DNA of 49,490 bases from assembly GCA_028679315.1 (NCBI GenBank), contig JAJRBU010000006.1, forward strand, positions 1 through 49,490, read 5' to 3'. This stretch comes from Methanoregulaceae archaeon. Its GTDB lineage: Archaea > Halobacteriota > Methanomicrobia > Methanomicrobiales > Methanospirillaceae. Below the pieces are notes generated by a model. The model had not been told where the DNA came from. It saw only the letters and a list, made by a program, of their open reading frames with translations, and did not search any database. Shown here in pieces: positions 6,734 through 14,258 of this stretch. A program made the position numbers and the translations under genes. Position 1 is the first letter of the stretch. The number at the start of each line of letters is the position of its first letter.

Positions 6734-9139
6734 ATGAAGACACGGAATCGACTGCGGGTACTACTGATGTTGTTTCTACTCGTACTCATATCCCCGGTGA
6801 TAGGGATGTATGAGGATACCGTGTTGAACACGGCGGAAACATCTGCTCTCTCTCCCATCAATCCGGGGTTTACCCGCTTTCTCAATGATACGAGGTCCCG
6901 GCTGGATATTCCGACTTCTTCCACCAATGCACTAGGCCTTGTTCCGACTACGGTGGATCTCTCCTACATGAAAGGAACTCAGATTTCAGATTTTGGCACC
7001 TATACTTTCACCGAAAACGACAATTCAGAACTTTTCTCATCGACACGTGATCAATCATCGTCAACCGTTATGGCCTCAACGGTATTACCCGGTAGCTTTG
7101 ACCTGAGGACCCAAGGCAAGGTGAACGGAGTAGAGGACCAGGGAGAGTGTGGGAGCTGCTGGGCATTTTCTACATTCTCTTCGCTCGAATCAGGCCTTAA
7201 ACCCGAATCGTGGGATTTTTCCGAGAACAACATGAGAAATTCCCATGGATATGATCTCTCCTCCTGCCAGGGAGGAAATGTTCAGATGGCAACTGCGTAC
7301 CTTGCGCGATGGAGTGGTCCCATCAGGGAATCGAACGATCCCTATTCCGAAATAGCAAAAAGTGCAACCTCCATCATCGCTCCCAATTCCGCTTCAGTAA
7401 AACACGTCCAGGAAGTCCTGTTTATCCCCGGCCGAAGCGGATCCCTGGATAATCAGAACCTGAAAAGGGCTCTTACCGAGAAAGGTGCGGTTTTCTCTAC
7501 CATACGATGGGAGGAATCTTCCTATCGCCCGGCAACGGCAAGTTATTATTATTCCGGGAGATCCCAGGCAAACCATGCGGTTACTATTGTCGGATGGGAC
7601 GATTCATATGACCGTACCAGGTTTGCTTCCACACCTCCTTGCGACGGGGCTTTTCTCGTTAAGAATTCATGGGGAAGCGACTGGGGTATGAACGGATATT
7701 GCTACGTATCATATTACGATACGATTATTGGCGGGGATAACGCGTTTTTCAGTGCAGAAGAAACTGGCAATTATGATCATATCTACCAGTACGACCCACT
7801 CGGCTGGGTGGTCTCCTACGGCGATAACAGTGAAACTGCATATTTTGCGAACATTTTTACTTCCCAGTCAGCAGAAGACCTGGCCGCAGTGAGTTTCTAT
7901 ACGCCATCAACGAATTCAAAATACCAGGTATCGGTCTATTCTGGCGTGCAGAATAACCCGGTGTCAGGTTCATTGGAATATTCACATTCCGGGACGATCG
8001 GGGTGCCGGGATATCACACCATTGACCTCACTGCACCAGTCCCTCTCCAGAAAGGGGAACGTTTCTCGGTCGTGGTGAAACTGGCGACTCCCGGATATCA
8101 ATATCCCATCGCGATCGAGTATCCCTACAACGGGTTCTCTTCTGGGGCAAGTGCCTCTGCCGGACAGAGTTTTGTCAGCACCAGCGGAACGCTCTGGACC
8201 GATCTTACGTCGGTATACAGGAACTCCAACGTCTGCCTGAAGGCATTTACTACCGGGTCTTCCGGTTCTTCGAACCCTGTGCCGACCTTCAGCCCGACTC
8301 CTCTGCCCACTTCAGTTCAGACTGACACCAGGTCCCCCACTGTATCCATCACCTCACCCCGGGCGTATAGTTCGGTTAGTCCGGGCTCATCCGTCCAGGT
8401 GACGTGGAGTGCAAGCGACAACGTGGCGATTTCAGGGGTAGATATCGGGTATTCAATGGACAGGGGGAAGACCTGGGTAACGGCAGCACGGAACCTGGTC
8501 ACATCGGGGACCTATACATTGAGTGTTCCCACAGATATATCCGGGACGTTCATCATCCGCGTTACTGCCCGCGACGCAGCAGGAAACGAGGGATCCTCAA
8601 CAAAAAGCTGTATGATAAAGTCATCCTCACAGCCGGCAAGAGGTCTGGGCTTCAACACGACAATGATGACCCCGGTTGGAACCGTGGCTCCTGCTTTCAC
8701 AAAAAATCTTGCTTCACCAATGGACAACAGGATCCCGACCATAGCGATCACCTCTCCACAATTATACAGTTCAATTATCCCCGGAACCACCCTCCAGGTA
8801 ACCTGGAATGCGGCTGACGATACTGGCATTGCCGGTGTTGATATCTGGATCTCGAAGGACTCTGGGCGCACATGGGAAACGGTCACGAAGAATCTGGATT
8901 CTTCAGGGATCTATCCATTGAATGTCCCGGCGGATGCAGCAGGTACCTTCATGATTCGTGTCATAGCACGGGATAATGCCGGAAATGAAGGATCGTCTGT
9001 CAGGACCTGTATCGTACGCACCTCATCTCTTTCCAATGGTGGGGCCGAAACGGCAAAAATTACGAACCCAATCACCACCCTCTCTGCATCAGCACGAATA
9101 CAACGGCATCCTGGTGTTACAGAACTGTTATATCGATAG
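6734..9139 (+). CDS. Secreted papain-like (peptidase C1 family) cysteine protease with a C-terminal extension containing two 99-aa Asp-box repeats
   Basis: ATG at 6734 follows GGAGG (6723-6727), and the track start at 6698 is TTG. The signal peptide is MKTRNRLRVLLMLFLLVLISPVIG. The catalytic Cys motif is QGECGSCWAFS (Cys codon 7157-7159). The His motif is NHAVTIVGWDD, and the Asn/Trp motif is VKNSWGSDWGMNGY. Confidence 0.85.
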   Translation: MKTRNRLRVLLMLFLLVLISPVIGMYEDTVLNTAETSALSPINPGFTRFLNDTRSRLDIPTSSTNALGLVPTTVDLSYMKGTQISDFGTYTFTENDNSELFSSTRDQSSSTVMASTVLPGSFDLRTQGKVNGVEDQGECGSCWAFSTFSSLESGLKPESWDFSENNMRNSHGYDLSSCQGGNVQMATAYLARWSGPIRESNDPYSEIAKSATSIIAPNSASVKHVQEVLFIPGRSGSLDNQNLKRALTEKGAVFSTIRWEESSYRPATASYYYSGRSQANHAVTIVGWDDSYDRTRFASTPPCDGAFLVKNSWGSDWGMNGYCYVSYYDTIIGGDNAFFSAEETGNYDHIYQYDPLGWVVSYGDNSETAYFANIFTSQSAEDLAAVSFYTPSTNSKYQVSVYSGVQNNPVSGSLEYSHSGTIGVPGYHTIDLTAPVPLQKGERFSVVVKLATPGYQYPIAIEYPYNGFSSGASASAGQSFVSTSGTLWTDLTSVYRNSNVCLKAFTTGSSGSSNPVPTFSPTPLPTSVQTDTRSPTVSITSPRAYSSVSPGSSVQVTWSASDNVAISGVDIGYSMDRGKTWVTAARNLVTSGTYTLSVPTDISGTFIIRVTARDAAGNEGSSTKSCMIKSSSQPARGLGFNTTMMTPVGTVAPAFTKNLASPMDNRIPTIAITSPQLYSSIIPGTTLQVTWNAADDTGIAGVDIWISKDSGRTWETVTKNLDSSGIYPLNVPADAAGTFMIRVIARDNAGNEGSSVRTCIVRTSSLSNGGAETAKITNPITTLSASARIQRHPGVTELLYR
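8333..9028 (+). repeat. Two 297-nt (99-aa) domain repeats (8333-8629 and 8732-9028), each with an Asp-box (S-x-D-x-G-x-T-W)
   Basis: Repeat 1 is SPTVSITSPRAYSSVSPGSSVQVTWSASDNVAISGVDIGYSMDRGKTW...FIIRVTARDAAGNEGSS. Repeat 2 is IPTIAITSPQLYSSIIPGTTLQVTWNAADDTGIAGVDIWISKDSGRTW...FMIRVIARDNAGNEGSS. By eye they are identical at more than half of positions. Confidence 0.85.
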
Positions 9140-9353
9140 TAAAGACCGCAAGGATCATTCTCCATTCCATCACTTTACGGCTGATTCATGAGAAATCCGG
9201 TTAACATGAATGCTTGATCCAGACATGGCATACTCTGCATGAAATGGCTACCAAATAAAGAGAAAGACAGGTCGAACGGCAATATCCCGCAGGTCACCAG
9301 GGTTCGGTGAATGAAAGGTTCAAACTGAAAAAGGAACAACTATATTCCTGACA

Positions 9354-10337
9354 ATGGCAATCATTCCCGCTTCCGGATGTACATTCTGCCACGAAGGCGC
9401 AAAGATGGTACTCTTCATTACCGGGGTATGCCATCGCTCCTGCTGGTACTGCCCGCTCTCCCGTGAAAGAAAAGGAAAGGACCAGGTCTATGCAAATGAA
9501 CACCCGGTCTCCTCACCTGATGAAGCAATCGCAGAAGCAAAGAATATGCGTGCGAAGGGTACCGGTATTACCGGGGGAGAACCCCTTGAGCGTCTGGACC
9601 GCGTACTCTGGTATGCCAGACGGCTGAAAGAAGAATTTGGGCCCGGTCACCACATCCACCTTTATACGTCACGTGCGCCAACTGAAAAAGAATTATCAGA
9701 TCTTACAGGAATTATCGATGAGATCCGTATGCATCCTCCCATGAAGTGCTGGAAAGGAATAGAGACGAGTGAGTACATACGGTCTGCAGAGATGGCGTCA
9801 GCCATGGGATTTGAGACAGGATTCGAAGTACCCGCCCTTCCGGAGATTGATCTGCTGATCCCGGCACTCCCTCACCTCCACTTTCTGAACATCAATGAGC
9901 TGGAATGGGGTGAGACAAACGCCCCGGAAATGCGGCGGCGGGCACTCGTTTTGGAGGATTCGGTTCATAACGCGGTTGAGGGATCCCGTAGATGGTGCCG
10001 GAACATCTGCCGACATGAAAAGGTCTATCTCTGCAGCTCTGCCTTCAAGGACTCGGTACAGCTCAGAAAACGGCTCATCAGGATCGCAGAGACCACGGCA
10101 CGTCCCTTCGATGAGATAAGTTCTGATGGAACGATCATCTACGGCAGGATCGAAGGTGCCCTCTCTGTTCCGGAAGCCGTCCGTGAACTAGGCACCGGAA
10201 TGTTCGAAGAGCGGGAGGGAGCTCTTGAAACAGCGTGGTGGATTCTTGTCGAGCAGGGGGACGAGATCGAAGGAACAAAGGCAATTATTGAACGATATCC
10301 GAACCGTGGAATTATCGTAGAGGTGACTCCCCTCTGA
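9354..10337 (+). CDS. Radical SAM domain protein (pyruvate formate-lyase activase-related, function unknown)
   Basis: A CxxxCxxC motif is present (GVCHRSCWYCP), followed by GITGGEPL (SAM-binding GGE-like). The stop TGA (10335-10337) overlaps the uppS ATG (10337). Confidence 0.75.
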   Translation: MAIIPASGCTFCHEGAKMVLFITGVCHRSCWYCPLSRERKGKDQVYANEHPVSSPDEAIAEAKNMRAKGTGITGGEPLERLDRVLWYARRLKEEFGPGHHIHLYTSRAPTEKELSDLTGIIDEIRMHPPMKCWKGIETSEYIRSAEMASAMGFETGFEVPALPEIDLLIPALPHLHFLNINELEWGETNAPEMRRRALVLEDSVHNAVEGSRRWCRNICRHEKVYLCSSAFKDSVQLRKRLIRIAETTARPFDEISSDGTIIYGRIEGALSVPEAVRELGTGMFEEREGALETAWWILVEQGDEIEGTKAIIERYPNRGIIVEVTPL

Positions 10338-11101
10338 TGATCAGGGATCTCCTTGAATCGGTGTACGAAAAGTCCCTGATGGCACAGATACGGCATATTC
10401 CTCATCATGTTGCAATTATCCAGGATGGGAACAGGAGGTTTGCAAATTCCCGGGGACTTATCCGCCAGGAAGGACATCGTGCGGGAGCGGATCGTACAGA
10501 AAAGGTACTTGACTGGTCCCACGAACTGGGGATACGACATATTACCCTTTATTCGTTCTCTACCGAGAACCTTTCCCGTGACGAGGAGGAGGTAAAAAAC
10601 CTGTTTGAACTCTTCAAGGACCGGTTCAACCGTGTGATTACCGATGAAAGAGTTCACAGGGATCGGATCAGGGTCCGGATGGTTGGGGACAGGGAACTCC
10701 TGCCTGATGACCTCATCTCTGTGATCGCCAAAGCAGAAGAGGCGACGAGCGGGTATGATTCGTATTTTCTCAATGTTGCACTGGCCTATGGGGGGAGAAA
10801 CGAGATTGTGCGGGCGGCCAGAGAAATACTTGGAAAGGTTACCAGTGGCGACTATATCCCGGGAAGCATCGATGCTGCAATGGTAGAACGACACCTTTGT
10901 GCCGACCATAACCTCCCCCCGGTTGATCTTGTCATACGCACGGGAAATGAATGCCGTACCTCCAACTTTCTCCCCTGGCTCGCAAACGGCCACGAATCGG
11001 CGGTATATTTCTGCGCTCCTTTCTGGCCGTTGTTCAGGAGGATCGATCTCCTCAGGGCGATACGGGTATACTCACAACGACAGGATGCGCTGACAAGCTG
11101 A
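10337..11101 (+). CDS. uppS: cis-prenyltransferase (undecaprenyl/dehydrodolichyl diphosphate synthase family), catalytic-type subunit
   Basis: Family motifs are HVAIIQDGNRRFA, ITLYSFSTENLSR, ALAYGGRNEI and DLVIRTGNECRTSNFLPW. The C-terminus (...IRVYSQRQDALTS) lacks an RxG motif. Confidence 0.9.
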   Translation: MIRDLLESVYEKSLMAQIRHIPHHVAIIQDGNRRFANSRGLIRQEGHRAGADRTEKVLDWSHELGIRHITLYSFSTENLSRDEEEVKNLFELFKDRFNRVITDERVHRDRIRVRMVGDRELLPDDLISVIAKAEEATSGYDSYFLNVALAYGGRNEIVRAAREILGKVTSGDYIPGSIDAAMVERHLCADHNLPPVDLVIRTGNECRTSNFLPWLANGHESAVYFCAPFWPLFRRIDLLRAIRVYSQRQDALTS

Positions 11102-11114
11102 TCGCATCCCCTCT

Positions 11115-11759
11115 TTACTTACCAAATCTCCTGACCCGTGCCTGGTAATCGCGAAGGGCACGCAGAAAGTCGATCTTACGAAAGAGGTCCCAGTTCACAT
11201 CTGAAAAGAACAATTCGGAGTATACTGACTGCCAGATCAGGAAATCTGTCAGATGTGATCCGCCTGTTTTTATCACGAGGTCAGGGGAGTAGGGGAATGT
11301 AAGATATTTTTCAAATGTCTGCTCTGACAATGTTTCCGGGGATTCACCATCTTCTGCCATCTTCTTTATGCAGGTAACGATCTCCTCCCTGCCGCTTTTC
11401 CCTACCGCTACAAAGACTGCCATTCCCTCTCCCAGGGTTTCAGTCGTATCACCGATATGAAGGTGCAATCGTGCATGTTCTCCTACCTTGCGGATGTGTG
11501 AAAGATGAGGCATTACCTGCGCCGGATCGGAAGTGCTGATATGGAACGTAAGTCCCTTAATTTCAGGAGCGGGGATATCTCCATCCCTGCCCTGGTACTT
11601 TTTTGCAAGATATTCGTTCACCTGCAGGCACCATCCTGTCACCTCGTACAGCTTCAGGGGAGAGGACTCCATATCACTCGCAGTAATCATAAAGCAGAGG
11701 CGGGCAGGGAGGAGCTCGATCCTGCGAAGGATTACCCGTTCATAGAGCCAGCGAATCAT
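11115..11759 (-). CDS. cis-prenyltransferase paralog lacking the catalytic DGNRR motif but ending in RRFGK (NgBR/Nus1-like accessory-subunit candidate)
   Basis: The C-terminal half is clearly UPPS-like (DLVIKTGGSHLTDFLIWQSVYSELFFSDVNWDLFRKIDFLRALRDYQARVRRFGK). The N-terminal P-loop region reads LCFMITASDM instead of hVAIImDGNrRwA. ATG at 11759 forms an ATGA overlap with the polX stop. An alternative GTG lies at 11768. Confidence 0.8.
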   Translation of the reverse strand: MIRWLYERVILRRIELLPARLCFMITASDMESSPLKLYEVTGWCLQVNEYLAKKYQGRDGDIPAPEIKGLTFHISTSDPAQVMPHLSHIRKVGEHARLHLHIGDTTETLGEGMAVFVAVGKSGREEIVTCIKKMAEDGESPETLSEQTFEKYLTFPYSPDLVIKTGGSHLTDFLIWQSVYSELFFSDVNWDLFRKIDFLRALRDYQARVRRFGK

Positions 11760-13453
11760 GCAGCCCACGCCAGAAGATCACTTGCTCGAAGCGTGTTCAG
11801 GACATCGTGCCGCGTTGCCCAACCCCTTCGGCAGGTCATGACTCCGTACTGCATATGCGAAAATTCGGAGCGTTCATGGGCATCGGTACCAATGGCAATC
11901 CTTACCCCTTTCTCCACTGCCTCCCGGATATTCCCGTCATCGAGATCGAGCCGGTACGGGGAGGCATTGCACTCGAGCGCTGTCCCCGTTTCCCTGGCTC
12001 TCTCAATCACTCTGCTCATATCGACCGCATACCCCTGTCTTTTCCCGATGAGCCGGCCGGTCGGGTGACCGATGATATTGACGTGTTCATGTTCGACAGC
12101 GGCAAGGATACGTCTGGTGATACTATCCTGCGGCTGAGAAAATCCTGAATGAACCGACGCTATGACGACCTCCAGGTCAGCAAGGGCGCTGTTTGAAAGG
12201 CCCAGGGTTCCATCGGCAAGAATATCGACCTCGATTCCATGGATTATCCTGCAGTCCGACGAACGGTTTTGTATCTCTATCTCGTGCCCCTGCTTTTTGA
12301 GGGCCTCCTCATCGAGTCCATGGGCTATCCCCAGTGTCGATGAATGGTCGGAACAGACGATATAGTCATATCCTAGTTCTTCCCCGCATCTTCCAAGGTC
12401 CTGAAGAGAAAGGGTACCATCGCTCCAGTTGCTGTGGACATGGAGTTCACCCCGGATATCCTGTTTTTCTACGAGGGGGGGAAGGGTATGGGATAGCGCA
12501 CGTTCCACCTCACCCCAGTCTTCCCTCAGTTCAGGAACGATATAATCGAGTCCGAGGAATGAAAGCATCTCAGCTTCACTGGAGAATTCCCTGAGGGTTC
12601 CGGTAGCACGATCTTCGATGCCGTACTCGTTCAGCTTGTACCCACGGCTCATTGCAATCTCCCTCAGTTTTATATTGAACGCTTTCGAGCCGGTCAGATA
12701 GAGCAGCATGGACCCGAACTGCCGGGGCTTTGTGAAACGGACATCCACTCTTTTTCCAAGGATACGAAGAGAGGTCTTCCGGTCACCCGCATCAATAACT
12801 TCATCGGCAATGGTCCGTAGCCGGGGGTTCAGCAGATCGGGTGATTCTATCGATACCACATCAATATCGCCGATACTGCTTTTTCCCCTCCGATAACTGC
12901 CGGCGAATTCGTACGTATCGGGATCAAGGACTGGTCGTATCTTTCCCACCACGGCATCGGCCTCCATCCTGTTCATCCTCCCGGACCGGTCGCGGTACAT
13001 CGCTATGGCCTTCAGGAACCCGTCCTCTTTTTTCTCCCCGAATCCTTTGATCGCCCTGACACGATGTCCCCTGGCCGCCCGTTCCAGATCGTCGATACTC
13101 TGGATATTCATCTTTTTCCAGAGGGTCGAGACGGTTTTCGGGCCAATACCCTCGAGATTCAGGAGCTCGATTAAGCCCCCGGGGATCCCGGATTTTGCCG
13201 CTTCGAGCTCATCAAAAGTCCCCTTTTCCGCAATCTCACGGATCTTTCTCACGATATGTATTCCAATCCCTTCAATCCCGGAGAGTGCCGTATCATCCAT
13301 AGACGCAACAGGAGGTACGAGCCTCTCGATGCTCTCCGCGGCCCGATAGAAAGCCCGGATTTTATAAACATTATCCCCCCGTATCTCAAGGATCTGTCCC
13401 ATGATGTTCAGCTGTGCCGCAATCTGCTGGTTTGTCACCTCCATCCGATCCAA
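11756..13453 (-). CDS. polX: Family X DNA polymerase with C-terminal PHP domain
   Basis: N-terminal HhH motifs are present (GIGIHIVRKI, LEGIGPKTV). The nucleotidyltransferase core is AGSYRRGKSSIGDIDVV. The PHP domain is GELHVHSNWSDG...SDHS...GTDAH. Confidence 0.9.
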   Translation of the reverse strand: MDRMEVTNQQIAAQLNIMGQILEIRGDNVYKIRAFYRAAESIERLVPPVASMDDTALSGIEGIGIHIVRKIREIAEKGTFDELEAAKSGIPGGLIELLNLEGIGPKTVSTLWKKMNIQSIDDLERAARGHRVRAIKGFGEKKEDGFLKAIAMYRDRSGRMNRMEADAVVGKIRPVLDPDTYEFAGSYRRGKSSIGDIDVVSIESPDLLNPRLRTIADEVIDAGDRKTSLRILGKRVDVRFTKPRQFGSMLLYLTGSKAFNIKLREIAMSRGYKLNEYGIEDRATGTLREFSSEAEMLSFLGLDYIVPELREDWGEVERALSHTLPPLVEKQDIRGELHVHSNWSDGTLSLQDLGRCGEELGYDYIVCSDHSSTLGIAHGLDEEALKKQGHEIEIQNRSSDCRIIHGIEVDILADGTLGLSNSALADLEVVIASVHSGFSQPQDSITRRILAAVEHEHVNIIGHPTGRLIGKRQGYAVDMSRVIERARETGTALECNASPYRLDLDDGNIREAVEKGVRIAIGTDAHERSEFSHMQYGVMTCRRGWATRHDVLNTLRASDLLAWAA

Positions 13454-13613
13454 TCACTCCTTTTTATGCTTCTCATCCTCTTCTGTTGACTGGTTCCCTT
13501 GATATGCATTTCTCACAACGTCTCAAGGAATGATTTCCTGACACGAATGTGACCTGGTGAAAAGGACGTGTATCATCCAAATTCATAAGTGCATCCATAT
13601 CGAACCATGTTGC

Positions 13614-14258
13614 ATGGAGACCACCTCCTTACGGGAAGACATTCTGGAAACCCTCTACAAGTTCCAATCCAGCGGCAGGGCTGCACCCGTGGCGGAGGAT
13701 CTGGCAACGGCGCTCGGAAAAGAACCGGGAGAACTCCGGCCGGTTCTGGCCCTGCTTGAGAAGGAGGGTGATCTGGTACCCAATCCGGACGGGACGCTCT
13801 CCCTCACCACCTCCGGGACCGAAACCGGCGGGAGGGTGATGCGCAAGCACAGGATTCTTGAGTGTTTCTTTTCAGAGATGCTCGGGATGTCACCGGATAC
13901 CGCGTCGGAAGAGGCATGTACTCTCGAACATGGAGTCTCAGACGAGGCAATCGAACGTCTTGGCAGGTATATCCAGGGAAAGCCTGGAAGGGGAACCGGG
14001 CTTCGCGGTATACGAAGGGGCAAAGGGTGGCAGACCTTGACCCTTCTCGAGGCTGAAGAAGGGGATACCCTCACTGTCTCCTGCGTACGGTGCCGTGGCC
14101 CTGGAGTCCGCCTGAACGATCTGGGCCTGTTTCCTGGCACTGAAGTCAAAGTGGTTCGGAAGATTTCGGGAAACGGGGTTGTTGTCAGGGTCAAGGATTG
14201 TGATATTGCCCTCAGTCCGGAAATTGCTGCATTTGTCCTGGTGGAGCGGACCGGATGA
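13614..14258 (+). CDS. DtxR/IdeR-family metal-dependent transcriptional regulator with C-terminal SH3-like/FeoA domain
   Basis: A winged-helix N-terminus is followed by the DtxR dimerisation segment RKHRILECFFSEMLGMSPDTASEEACTLEHGVSDEAIERL. The C-terminal FeoA-like segment is LEAEEGDTLTVSCV...LGLFPGTEVKVVRK. ATG at 13614 is preferred over the GTG at 13557. The gene overlaps feoB by 4 nt. Confidence 0.8.
   Translation: METTSLREDILETLYKFQSSGRAAPVAEDLATALGKEPGELRPVLALLEKEGDLVPNPDGTLSLTTSGTETGGRVMRKHRILECFFSEMLGMSPDTASEEACTLEHGVSDEAIERLGRYIQGKPGRGTGLRGIRRGKGWQTLTLLEAEEGDTLTVSCVRCRGPGVRLNDLGLFPGTEVKVVRKISGNGVVVRVKDCDIALSPEIAAFVLVERTG

Noticed and set aside
10139-10993. A 284-aa minus-strand ORF opposite uppS
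   Set aside because: uppS on the plus strand carries all the family motifs. The antisense ORF has none.
13614-14258. A novel DtxR-FeoA fusion regulator
   Set aside because: DtxR/IdeR proteins normally carry a C-terminal SH3-like domain homologous to FeoA, so this is the standard architecture.
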